Assembly: GCA_010909165.1 (NCBI GenBank)
Contig: MU008169.1
Span: 248,001-312,000, forward strand
Direction: 5' to 3'
DNA length: 64,000 nucleotides
Source of the DNA: Anthoceros angustus
Taxonomy: Eukaryota > Plantae > Anthocerotophyta
In this document: positions 25,366-37,577 of the stretch, in pieces
Layout: every line of letters begins with the position of its first letter
How positions within the stretch are numbered: the first letter of the stretch is position 1
Notes under the pieces: generated by a model
Databases searched by the model: none
What the model saw: only the letters and a program-made list of their open reading frames with translations
Told to the model about the DNA's origin: nothing
Position numbers and translations under genes: made by a program

Positions 25366-27755
25366 AAGCAATTTAGAACAGTTAGAATTTTGGCGGAAAT
25401 GGTTTGAATTTTGGTGGAATTGGTTTTGAATTTTAAACCAGTAATTAATTAACTATAGTTACAATACTTGAGTTAATTAACTCTAGTTACTTAATCCCGA
25501 TTAAAACCATAGTTAACTAAGCATAATTAACCGTAAGATGTTAACCATGATTAGTTTGTTGTAAATTGCATATTGTAATGTCCAGTAGATGTTTTGTTGT
25601 AACTTCCAGAGTAAATGATCTATTGTAATTTATGGTAGTAGATATCCTATTGTAATTTATAGTAGTAAATAACTTGTTATTAAATATAGTAGTAAATGTC
25701 CCGATGTAATATGTAGTAGTAAATATCCATTGCAATATCCAAGAGTAAATTACCCTTTGTAATGTATAGTCGTAAAATACGTGTAATGTACTTGTAATAA
25801 GGTATAGGTAGCGTATAAATACATATATACTGTATAAATTATTTTTATACATACGATATATACAATATTTGGTCATTTACAACAACCCTCTAATGCTATG
25901 TGTTTATTAACGGCCTTTTACAACAATCTGTAAAAGGTAAAGTTGTGTAAAAGCCGCTGTAAAATACGACTTTTTCTAGTAGTGAGACACACCGCTGGAG
26001 GCTCTTGATGGATTGGATGGCTTTAGTGAACTCGAACATCCGCTCGGCCCTCGCAATGCATTTGATTTAACCCTTTTGGACACAGTCCACCACGACATCC
26101 ATTTGGCCTGTAATGCTTTTTTGCACAACCTACCGCCATGGCTTAGCACAAAGATCGGTCATATCATCATGCCCTTATCGCCCCGGTCCCCATATTGTGC
26201 CTAACTTTGATGTTTACCTAGAACCTCTTCTCGGAGGAGCTAAAAGACCTATGGCATGGGATCCCTATGGAAGACTTTTCTCCCATCGGAAGATCCTAGA
26301 CGGCGTTCAGTTGCGAGCCGCATGCACACCATAGCTGATTATCCGGAATCGGTACACTAACAAAGTTTTCGTGAAAGGTTCTAGGGCATGTGTAGATTGG
26401 GGCGTTGCACTCTCGGGCCCACCACGTAGAAGGAGGAGTACTGGATACCGGCGGTGGCTTCCGCAACCATCCAATGCGGAGGCCGGACTTGGATCGATAC
26501 AATAATTTAGAAGGAGAATTTACAACAGAATTAAAAGGAGGATTTACTACTGAATTAAAAGGAGAATTTACAACAGAATTAAAAGGAGAATTTACAACGG
26601 ACTTTACAATGGAATTAAAGCAATTTAGAACAAGAATTTAGGAAATGGTTTGAATTTTGGTGGAATTGGTTTTGAATTTTAAACCAGTAATTAATTAACT
26701 ATAGTTACAATACTTGAGTTAATTAACTCTAGTTACTTAATCCCGATTAAAACCATAGTTAACTAAGCATTGTTAATTAACCGTAAGATGTTAACCATGA
26801 TTAGTTTGTTGTAAATTGCATATTGTAATGTCCGAGTAGATGTTTTGTTGTAACTTCCGAGTAAATGATCTATTGTAATTTATGGTAGTAGATATCCTAT
26901 TGTAATTTATAGTAGTAAATAACTTGTTATTAAATATAGTAGTAAATGTCCCGATGTAATATGTAGTAGTAAATATCCTGTTGCAATATCCAAGAGTAAA
27001 TTACCCTTTGTAATGTATAGTCGAAATACGGTAGTAATGTACAATTGTAATAAGGTATACAGTGAGCGATAAATACATATATACCGTATAAATTATTTTT
27101 ATACATACGATATACAATATTTGGTCATTTACAACAACCTCTAATGCTATGTGTTTATAACGGCCTTTTACAACACCGCTGTAAAAGGTAAAGTTGTTGT
27201 AAAAGCCGCTAAAATACGACTTTTTCTAGTAGTGAGACACACCGCGTGAGGCTCTTGATGGATTGGATGGCTTTAGTGAACTCGGAACATCCGCTCGCTC
27301 GCAATGACGGATTTAACCCTTTTGGACACGGTGTCACCACGACATCCATTTGGCTGTAATGCTTTTTTTGCACAACCTACCGCCATGGCTTAGCACAAAG
27401 ATCGGTCATATCATCATGCCCTTATCGTCCGGGTCCCCATATTGTGCCTAACTTTGATGTTTACCTAGAACCTCTTGGAGGAGCTAAAAGACCTATGGCA
27501 TGGGATCCCTATGGAAGACTTTTCTCCCATCGGAAGATCCTAGGCGCTTGTGTTGCGAGCCGCTTGCCGCACACCATAGTGATTATCCGGAATCGGTACA
27601 CTAAAAGCTTTCGTGAAAGGTTCTAGGGCATGTGTAGATTGTTGGGGCACGTTGCACTCGCTGGGCCCACCACGTATAAGGAGGAGTACCTTGGATACCG
27701 GCGGTGGCTTCCGCGCAACCATCCAATGCGGAGGCTGGACTTGGATCGTCACAAT
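25255..27755 (+). repeat. ~1.25 kb tandem duplication spanning element A's right TIR and the adjacent host Tnp2
   Basis: A second TTTTTCTAGTAGTG|AGACAC ends at 27234. The junction near 26503 has ACAATAAT microhomology. Confidence 0.9.
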
Positions 27756-29340
27756 AATGAAGAGGAGAGGCGTCCCCGCCCACAACCCCCCTCCTATGAT
27801 GACCTCATGCAGGATATGGACAGGAGAGAGGTTGCAACAGTGAGAGAGTTGAGGGAAAGGGGCAAGTTCGGGACCCGCCGCAGGTCTTTCTGGTTTGAAT
27901 ATCTGCCGTATTGGAGGTATATGCTTAAGTGGGCACAGAAAGATGTCATGCACGTTGAAAAGAACAATGCGGAGGCTATGTGGCAGACCTTCATAGGGGA
28001 GAAAGATGATATTAGATCACGCTTAGACATGGAACAATATGGGGGAAAGAAGGAGCTATGGCCTTTGGCAGGGAACAGGGAAACGTTTCTGCTAGCTCCC
28101 TATGTCCTCTCGAAGCCAGACTTGGATTTGGTTTTTTTGGAAATGCAAGCAATAAGGTTACCTATGGATAAGGCCAAACATTGCGGCAAAGATGTCTACG
28201 GTAAGTGGGAATTTGAAAGCCCATGATTGGCATATACTCATGGAGATTTATTTTCCAATTGTTTTGCGAGGTCGAATCAAACCATCCAGATATATAAAGG
28301 GCGGACTCACAAAACTTTATCGGTGGATATGCCTCAAGAATACCGCCATGAGGTTGGGAGAATGCAACAAGAGTGCATCAGGTGATGTGTGAGTTGGAAA
28401 GAGAATTCCAAACTTGTTCGACATATCGACCCATCTCATAATCCACTTGGTGGATGAGGTTGCAGCTCTAGGGCGGTTCACGTATGGCGGATGTATCCCG
28501 CTGAAAGGTATCCGGAAGCAGAAAGGAACAATCCGCCAAAGAGCAAACCGGAGGGTGGCGGAAGGTTACGAGATGAGTCTTTGCATTATGCAAAGTCCTT
28601 TCTCCGAACATTATCCACACCGACCATATTTGGCGCGGTGTCAGAGGGATGCCCACGAGAAGACCTTAGGGATAGGACGAGCATACAAATTTACCACACG
28701 GAGTCGCACAAGTCCACACCTTCGTTACACACCACGGTTATGGACCCTTTCTTACGATGTACCGTGAGGAAATTAACCAGTGACATGGGACACAACCCTT
28801 CCTTTCGGGCTTGGATTCATGATGGTGAAATGGAGGACGTTGGGAGGGCTTGCCGCATATGATCGATGACGCTGCGCTCCATGGACGGCCCTTCCATTGT
28901 GGCAACGCATACAAGCACATGATATGCAAAGGTAGCCACCTCCGCACTATAGTCGCAGATATGCACAGGAAAACCACCCAAGATAGCGGTGTCTACACGA
29001 CGTAATGGGAGACGGAGGGATCGGACTTACTACGGCAATGTGCAAGAGATATTGCGCGGGCCTCGTGGTATGAACCTCTTATCTTGAAGGTTAAGTGGTA
29101 TGAGTGCAACCCAATGGCGATTCCACCATAAGGTCTACATTGGCTGGATTCGACCTTGTGTACACCGTCATTAGCGCATCACCGCATGACATGGACACAC
29201 CATTCATATGGCCGCATCAAGTGACGCAGGTATCCTACATCCGGATGGTCAAGCGGAGAATAGAGGGTGGGCCCCCTACTCCCGCACGGGTGGAGAGCCG
29301 GCGGGAGCAAATGAGGATGAAGATTGATTTACAAGGTTGA
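25985..29340 (+). pseudogene. Tnp2 of element B, 3' portion (Transposase_21, DUF4218, DUF4216)
   Basis: HNLPPWLSTK; PNFDVYLEPL; RRRSFWFEYLPYW...KDVMHVEKNNAE; KAHDWHILME; FDISTHLIIHLVDEV; MYPAERY. Confidence 0.92.
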
Positions 29341-30334
29341 CGCTTTCATCCGATCGCTTGATACATGGGAGTCGCCGCTGTGAGAAAGATGCACAATGAA
29401 ACTAGGATTATAGACGGGGATTGAAACCGAGAGACAGACGGCATGCTCAAAGATTGAAATCAATTTGCTTTGCGGCATAGGCAAGGGCCTTTGTGGCATC
29501 AAAACATAAGGGTGTCTGAACGAACCGTGTCAACCAGCTCAACTCACATCCTACTTCTCTCGCCCTTCCATAATGGAGGATGCGCACTCCAAAACAATCG
29601 GAGTTAATAACGTGCAATACGACATTTAAGGCGAGCCCGCACTGCCTCTCTGAATCAATAGGACCCACCAAGTCCGCGCCTCAGATAAAACCAATCCCGA
29701 ATATCCAACCGCAACAAATCCATCCACCGTGATCTCCAAAGAAACACCTCCACCTCGAGCGACGTCATGAGCATCTAAGACATCACTCGATGTCCGGAGA
29801 GCAAAGAACTCAACCGAGCACCTTCTTCGCTCCACAGCTCGATTGAGGGAAGTCGCCGATATGTCCAGCATCAACCCATGTCTCGGATGATCCTCCATGT
29901 GGGCGAGAAACCGCGTCTCCGCCTCCAACGGCTCTCCAGCCATTGCCAAGTCCACTTCCGCCAATGCTCGCAAAGCCACCATCCACAATTAAATGGGCAA
30001 CAAGGACGAGGTGAGGGAGGCCGTGTGCACAAACGAGGAAACATTCCAAAGATGCCGACATTGAAGGGTGCAGGGGAAGGTGCTAGCAGTACGTATATAA
30101 TCAAACACGGCAAAGCTCGATCGAAAGCGTGGCGGAAGGATGGGTAGCATGAAGTAGGAGATTAGCATCTTGACAATGCAGTTCACACAATCGGCGGCAC
30201 GCTACCGACAAGCGTGCTCGCACCGCAGAGGTTATGAGCGGCCCACGCGGGCGTCCGGTGGTCGGCGGCAGCCGCCAACGACCGCCATGCCACTTGATGA
30301 CACGATGAGGTTGCGCTGGTATTTAATGAAGAAT

Positions 30335-30490
30335 AATGGCCATTTTCCTTGGCTAATGGCCATTGTCCTGGCTAATGGCCATTGTCCTTGGACAATGGCC
30401 ATTTTCCTGGCCAGGTATCATCAGGACAATGGCCATTGTCCGATAATGGCCATTGTCCTTGGATAATGGCCATTGTCCTGGATTATGGCA
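30335..30490. repeat. Array of 7-8 palindromic AATGGCCATT motifs with ~16-19 bp spacing
   Basis: Seen directly. It includes the perfect 18-bp palindrome GGACAATGGCCATTGTCC. Confidence 0.9.
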
Positions 30491-31599
30491 TTTTCTAATA
30501 CCTATAAGTGCCCATAAAGGTTTTTAGGTTAAAGGATTTGGCTGCTCAATGAGGCGGATACGCCGCAACTTCAGTAACAAGCATCAAGGTGGCAAGTGCA
30601 TGCCGGTAACAAGCACTCAAGGTGGCAGAGATCGACCTCCACCGGTTTGCATGCATACCGGTCCGCAATAAAATCCATGCGAACACAAGATGGGCCACAC
30701 TCAAGAGGGGAGAGAAGATCCGGCAGATATTGGCAGCCATTTCGAGGCGGCATACTATGGAGCACGTTTCATTGCGCTGGTCATTTCACCATGGTGCGGC
30801 AGACATCGAGGGAACAGCTGGTCATTCGTCCGCAAGAGCGCGCAATGTGCAGCCCCACAATTTGAATTAAGAATCCGTGGCGAGGGAGTGTGTAGGTTCA
30901 ATATAGCATTCGCATCCGATATTGACTTTTGCGTATGGCTCGACCGTGATGGAAGAAGCATACAACCACGTGACATTTCTTCCCATCGTAGCGTGCCAAC
31001 AACATCCAATCGGCGCGCATGCCGTTGTCGCTATCCCGACACGTTAGACTCGTTGTTTTCTTTTTATAGAACAACCACCGTCCGCAAGAAATGTATAGGT
31101 TTTTCCATGCAAGCGTGGTTGATCGTGAAGACGAAGAATCGACCTCGTTGTGTGGATGGGAGGAGAATCGACGCCTGTGCACACCCACACCCTTCCGAGG
31201 TGTGCACCGATAGCTTCGCTTCGCCTCGAACATCGCTTGGTATTCGCAATCGACCGGGCTTGAAGGATTGAAATATCTGCTTGCCTGCAATCCGGTGGAA
31301 GTGTGGCGAGGTTGTGGACGCATCCCGGCGTGAGCTTGCGTCCCAAACTTACGACCTTGCTTGACCGCAGGATTAGCCGCGTAATTCGATGGTCCTACCG
31401 TGATGTATGGCCGGTGACAGCCGATGACCCACCCATAACATGTTCATATCGTTGTGGTGGATGGTTGTAGCTATAGTGTGATGCATAGTGCACTCCTTTG
31501 TAGGCTATGTGAATTTCGATTGAAAGTGAGCAACCGCTTACCGCATGCAATTGCCTATGACCATGTACTATATGCGTCCACATGCCCTCCTACTTGTTT

Positions 31600-32680
31600 T
31601 CGAGACTGACATATCCGGCCGCCGTGCTATGCTGTGCATGGTAGCGCCTTGATTTCCCAGACGGCTGGAGTTTGGGGAGAAATGGAAATGCAGTGTGGGA
31701 TCCGCTGGCATCACTAAGTCGGCAAACTGCATATGGGGAGGATTTCTTCCCACCTGATGAAGTTCCGGATTCCCAAGAAGCTTATGAAGCGGAAGGGAAT
31801 CTCGGTGGCCATCGTGTTGCTCGCCGCCGCATTGCACGAGGTATGGCGGAACTTTGTCGCAGAGGCGGTGCTTCCTCCCCACAATGTTTCGCAAAGATGG
31901 GCCAAGGCCAGGGTGGAATAGACAACACCGAATCGGTCCGAGCTTTGCTGAAAACACGGGAGTAGGGTGGATTCAAGAGCAAATAACTAGTGAAGGCGAA
32001 GATATGGAGCACACGGGAAGCCAAAGCCTCCATCTACATTGACCTTCGGGGCTTGACCGTCCCGAGGCATAAGAAGTTCATGGAAGTAACACGCAGAGCG
32101 GCAAACGAAATTCCAGGAAAGTGGAGCGACTTGCCGTTGTCTCGGAGGAAGAAAATGTGCACAGAAGTGGCCGCCGGATCTTCTCGCAAAGGGATGATTT
32201 CACCGAGTTCACCAATACACTGAACAAGGAACAAGAGGTATGTCGAGGCCAAAGCCTCAAGGCCTGGAGGAGAAGAGGGTAGGCAAAATTGACAGATTTT
32301 TCAGCCTCCACTAGCCGATGAAAGGGTATGGGAGATTCTCACATGGGCACGGGTTGAACTCGCAAAGATGGAAATTTTTGCCATCCAAGGCATCACTTGC
32401 GCCTAAGACGATCGAGAAATCAAATGGAGAAGGGCCCAATCCATGGGGCCAAGTGGACGAGTGGATGGGTTTTAAGTTCCAAGAGAAGTATGGGAGGGAG
32501 CCAACCGACGAGGAGTGTGATTTTGGATCACTCCGCCCACTAACAAAAATGGAACTATGGGATGCGGGAGGAGCCGTGCCCGAAGTTTTTGAAATCCCCG
32601 AGGGTATGCAAGGCCAAGCGAGACGCCACGAAGAGAAATGGGTCAAAGCATTCACGAAAATCTGCAATAATTGATCCGGA
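31600..32680 (+). pseudogene. ORF2 (TnpA-like) of element B
   Basis: RHKKFMEVTRR...KWSDLP...; VWEILTWARVEL; NGEGPNPWGQVDEWMGFKFQEKYGREPTDEE. Confidence 0.65.
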
Positions 32681-33922
32681 TTCGAAGGTAGCAGATATGA
32701 CGACGCCCGCCGTGGATGGTGCGGGGGAAAATGATGAAGAAGGGATCAAAGGTGATTCGAATGTGAAGAGGAAACAGCCGTGAAGTTAATGCGGAGGCAA
32801 AGACAACGAGGATGGGGAAGCAACAGAGGAGGAGGAAGCGAGGGTGAAAGGACATGGAAAACAACATACGGTGGCGTATGGCACAACATCGTAGTCACTA
32901 GGAGGAGGCCAATCGAATTTGACACGACGATGTCGAATGCCGAATCTGACGGAAAGTTTCAAGAACAAGGGGACGGCATAAAGTACACCGCGCTGCCACA
33001 TTGGAGGGCAGAGTAACGAGGGCACGAGCTGCAGCAGTGACTCAAAGTGCCGCAAGTGCCAAGGGGAAAGACAAAGCGAAAGGGTCGAAGGTGAGCTGCC
33101 ATGACCAAATTTATATGTCCACATGCATGTGCGCGCTAGGGGTTGATGTGATTCTTTCTCATGCAGCACAAACAGAGCACGATGTGCATGAGGATGGCAT
33201 TCATCAAGAGCGCTACGCATCGGCTGGAAAAAGGCGGCCTACAAACCCTCGAGGACCGAAGCGAAAAGAGCGAAAGGCGAAAAAGGCCATGAGCGATACA
33301 GCGTGAGATACCCAGTGATTATGATTAGTGCTTGATGCACATACTCCGTAAGGTCTTCCGTGAATCACGCAAACTGAGCGATACGTCTGTGATACCGTAT
33401 AGTACATGCAAAGTTTTGTGAATTTATATGTATTCCTGTTTAGAGCCACCTATAAAATGCGCGGTATAAATTCAGTAAATCATGCGAGAATATAATGTGG
33501 CCAAGCGGACATTGTACATGCCACATGGCAAGTTCACACATGTCGGGAGAGAGGCGTCAAAACCAGCAGCGGAAACCCCGGAAACCTTTAGAATTCAAAA
33601 TAAAAAAGTCCGAGCGGCTCGCAGTTCCAAAACGCAGCGCACGTGCGAACATGAGGGCAGCACACATCCAACACCACGGACCGACATTGTCAGCACCTGG
33701 GTTAGAAACACTGACAAACCCGGGTTACCGAGCGTACCACCGGGCCTTACCCCGCACCTCATAACCGTTATAAGAATTGGTTGTCACAGTCTTCGTGTTA
33801 CGAGGTTTATTACGCCTAGGTCCGGCACCACATGCCTTGTGTAACAAAGTCATCGCTTACGTAACAAGAAGGCAATATTCCGTAATACTGCAGCATAACA
33901 AACAATGCTGTTTCTAGTAGTG

Positions 33923-34896
33923 ACCCTGAGGTCCGGACTCGAGAAAGAAGATCGGACCTAGAGGTCCGGACTCCGGAGGCGAGACCGGACCCCAAGGCCC
34001 GGACTCGGGAGACAAGGAGGAGCCCCCTCCGACTTACGCAGGTAGAGCACCCAGTCGGTGGCCCTACTGGGAGGGGACCCACTAGGGGGCCAGGGGAGGA
34101 AGACGTCGTGGTGACCGCGGTCATCAGACCGCCGCCGGTAGCCCAACCCACAGATTCCGGAAGGGAGGGTCCCGCGGAATCATCCGATTGGGTGCGCCAA
34201 TCGCCGAGCGGGATTGGGCCATCACGCCAAGACGGGACCAAGGGCATTCCTGTGCCCACCACGACGGAGATAGGAGGAAGGAATAAGATGGTAGGCGGTC
34301 GATTAGTATACCGAAATGGCCACCACCGTAATACGGGTAATAAAGACGCCTGACTTGGGCGAGTATAAGAGGGTCGAGGCTACTTTAGTAAAGTATCTTT
34401 CTTGGTGTTGATGCTGCCTTTGCAGTCCTTTGTGTGCCTTCTAACGCGAGCCCCGAGTCACCGAGCAGCCGGGCCCCGAGAGATCGATCAAGGTCCCGGT
34501 GACGGACCCCAACGTGTGGTGGTGTGTGAAATAGCGACTAGGGACCCTTGCCTGCAGCAGCCGCCCGCTGACCTGATGAACTGCAGAGCCGGAGGAACTC
34601 GGGAGGGCGCAAGAGCCCGGACGGAGAGGCCCGGCAGAGCGACGGAGGAGGTCCGGACCGCGTAGCCACCCGTGTTTTCCCCCAAGGACGATGAGTGTAG
34701 TGAGAGTGGTGAGAGGAATGGACTCGAGGGATGAGTGACGAACTTGAACGACACAGACGCGAACGGGTCCTTAAACGTTTGGCCGCACCGGGCCTGTCGG
34801 TGAACGTTGCGGGTAGTTAGGTGTAAAACGATAATAGGTGTGTTGAGACTGGACGGATACTAAGTGAGGTGAGAAACGATTGAAACGTGGCAAACA
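33923..34896 (+). mobile_element. Probable LTR (solo or truncated) of an unrelated GC-rich retroelement
   Basis: Repeated GGTCCGGACTC motifs and a TATAAGAGGG TATA-like box. It ends ...GTGGCAAACA, after which Copia gag resumes. No TSD or left end was found. Confidence 0.4.
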
Positions 34897-36115
34897 GAGC
34901 CTATCATTCTCTTGGGAGCGGACCCCTTATTACAACGACACGGGATTGTGCGCGCCCGGCTGGCCATCAGCGAAAGTAGCGCCACACCTATCATGACGCT
35001 TCCTTCCAGATGTTGTAGTCCATGCCACTTTCTTGGTCGGTGTTGGTGATGATCCAAACGGCCAACCCTAGGCTGTTGGATGAGACTATTGCTCTCTTGA
35101 AGCAGGAAGAATAGCATAGGAAGGCAGTCAACACTACCGTTCTTGATAGCATGGCCCTCTTCAACCGCAGAGGGCCTGGCCCCAATAGAGTGAGATATCG
35201 CAGCGGATACTCTAGCACGGGCGGCAACCCGTCTATGAATCCGAATTGCAAGCGTCGTCTTAGGAATTGTTTCTATTGTCACCAACTCGGGCATCACCAA
35301 CGTGATTGCCCAAAGTGGCTGGCGGATATGGAGGAGTAACACCCCTCCAGCAGCGTCTCCCATGGAGCTTGCTTATTCTTAGTGTGTTTACATATGTCTT
35401 CGGATTCAGATGCTTGGATTGTGGACTCCGGCGCAACTTAACACATGACTTGGCACAAAGAATGGTTTTTCTCTTTCTAGCCAAGCCCGTCTGCTAGCTA
35501 CATCCATCTTGGCGACGACTCACAGCTCGCCATTATGGGCTCAGGTACAGTAGCGCTCAGCTTGCCTAACCCTCAAGTGCGTATACTCCACAATGTTCTA
35601 TATGTTCCTCTCTTACGTCAACACGTCTTTTCCGTTGGTCAGGCGCTCGACGCTGGCTATACTTTCGTCTTCGCTCCTACCCTATGTCTTATGTTTGACC
35701 ATTCTCGTCGACTCCTCGCCATTTGCCCTAAATAAGGCAGCTTGTTTGTCTTAGATATTACCGCTAATGCCTCCTGCGTAGCTTTGCCTTAGATCACCAA
35801 CTTTGCCCTTCGTTTGAATTATGCTTTGCAATATGACACGCTTCGGCAATTGGACTCCCACACTCAAGATAGGCAAGCTTGCTCGACTCAGGGGGAGGTT
35901 TCTGCGGTCGGCAGTTGGGGGAGAGGAAAATTTGGAACAAGCACTTCCATATTCACTAGAGTTGAATGCTAGGCGTATTTTGGCTAGTTGTCAATTGGAG
36001 TCCGTGTCTATGTGCGCAAGCAGATGAGGAGGAGACATCAACCCTAGCTATCAATATCTTGACCAAAAGCTTACCACCTGACAAGCCCATAGCCTCACTT
36101 CACTCCTTAGAGTTT
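34897..36115 (+). pseudogene. Internally deleted Copia gag-pol: gag C-terminus, zinc knuckle, protease, end of RNase H (integrase and RT missing)
   Basis: LDETIALLKQEE; CFYCHQLGHHQRDC; AWIVDSGAT*HMT; LHNVLYVPLL...SVGQ; NILTKSLP. Confidence 0.9.
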
Positions 36116-36162
36116 GCGCACTCCCTAGACAAGATAGTTTATCTGCCCTACATACCTAGTAT

Positions 36163-36338
36163 GAGGGGGAGTATTGGAACTACATAGATTGGCAGATCCC
36201 CGATGTGAAGTTGCACCCTTACGAGGGTGACTACAAAAGGCACAACGTACCCAAGACACTCATTCTTTCTTAATCATTCTTCCTTCTCCTCCATCCCTCT
36301 CCACATACACATAGGTTGATCCTGCCTTATTTCCTATA
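36163..36338 (+). mobile_element. Copia PPT and 3' LTR
   Basis: PPT GAGGGGGAG (36163-36171), then an LTR TATTGGAA...TTCCTATA (36172-36338) matching 908-1077. Confidence 0.85.
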
Positions 36339-36614
36339 ATTTGGGCCAGGGAGCCGTCCGTCTTTACAATGAAGAACAAGATCCCCTGATCGGGACACAT
36401 TTCTACACTAAGAATTAAGGCATGGAAGCACCGCAGGAGACAATAATGGACGGACTTTGGGTGTCTTCCGCGGACGAGAATAATTTTCCGAATTATGAAG
36501 GTTCATCCGGCCCTGCGAGAACAGTATGCTGCATTGTTAACTACTTATTGGGACAGTCTACTGCTTGCGATATGTCCTAAGAGGACTTGTCCTCCTTGCA
36601 AATTTCAAGCATCG

Positions 36615-36814
36615 TGCTACGATCTAGCCCTCACAAACAATTACGCAGGTACTATGCAGTTCATGGAATTTTTCTACATCTGTGCTTCGATCTAGCCCTC
36701 ACAAACAGTTGCGCAGGTACTATGCAGTGCATGGAATCTTTCTACATCTGTGCTACGATCTAGCCCTCACAAACAATTGCGCAGGTACTATGCAGTTCAT
36801 GGAATCTTTCTACA
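36615..36814. repeat. Three 68-bp tandem copies downstream of an orphan ARI last exon
   Basis: Units start at 36615, 36683 and 36751 (TGCT(A/T)CGATCTAGCCCTCACAAAC...). Confidence 0.9.
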
Positions 36815-36954
36815 CCCACTCCTTGAACTGGACCTCACTCGTGATCGGCTCCATGAGCTCAGAAGCACATTCAGGACCTTCCGATTTATACCATGCTATG
36901 TGATTTGTTGTTGACGGCAAGGAGCTCAACAAATCACTGTCAATAAACTCGTAC
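36810..36954 (-). pseudogene. ARI: Orphan last exon of a fourth, deleted ARIADNE copy
   Basis: GGCAG acceptor, then YEFIDSDLLSSLPSTTNHIAWYKSEGPECASELM...*. Upstream exons are absent. Confidence 0.8.
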
Positions 36955-37039
36955 CTGCCACACACGGAGAAGCAAGATATTCCACTGGCACGAGCAATCC
37001 GCAAACTGAAATGCAAAGGTCATTTGACGAGCGATGAAG

Positions 37040-37330
37040 CAACAGACACGCACTGCCGGAGAAGGCGAGCAGGGCATGAAGGTGTATCGTGTCATGCCTA
37101 GGTCTAGTATGAGGCCAGATAACCATGTGTTTGTGGCAGCTCTTCAGGCCTTTGCAAAGGGAGCAGACTTGACGACGGGGCAGCAGCTGCATGCTCAAGT
37201 GTTGGCCATCTGGACATGGCCTTCGAGCCAGCCAGCCGTCCGCTTTACTCTGAAGTGCAAGACTGGAGCGAAGCTCCCCCTGATCGGGTCGCATTTCTAC
37301 CCTGAGGATTAGGACATGGAAGCAACTGCG
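37040..37330 (+). pseudogene. PPR pseudogene 3' fragment convergent with ARI copy 1
   Basis: GEGEQGMKVYRVM..SSMRPDNHVFVAALQAFAKGADLTTGQQLHAQV. Confidence 0.75.
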
Positions 37331-37577
37331 TGAGACAACATGGACGGACTTGGGGTTTTCGTGGACGAGTGAAATTTTTCGAATTCAGAGGGTTCATCCA
37401 GCCCCGCAAGGACAGTCTGTTGCATTATAAATTATTGGGACAGTTTGCTGCTTTGGACATATCCTCCTGGCAAACTTCAAGAATCTGTGCTACGATGGAG
37501 CCCTCACCAACAAATACAGAGGTTTCTGCAGTTCATCGATGAATCTTTCTGCACCCACTCCTTGAACTGGTCAGGAG

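Larger units (their letters stand above)
17027..25984. mobile_element. Non-autonomous Pack-CACTA element A (~9.0 kb) inserted in the Tnp2 gene of element B
   Basis: CACTACTAGGAAAC at 17027 and TTTTTCTAGTAGTG ending 25984, with TSD AGA on both sides (17024-17026, 25985-25987). Removing it restores ATA ATG GCA GAC ACA CCG (IMADTP) in Tnp2. Confidence 0.93.
15850..33922 (+). mobile_element. CACTA element B (left terminus not found), host of element A
   Basis: Tnp2 remnants at 15850-17026 and 25985-29340, ORF2 at ~31600-32680, GTAAC/GTTAC subterminal motifs, and right TIR TTTCTAGTAGTG ending 33922. Confidence 0.8.
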
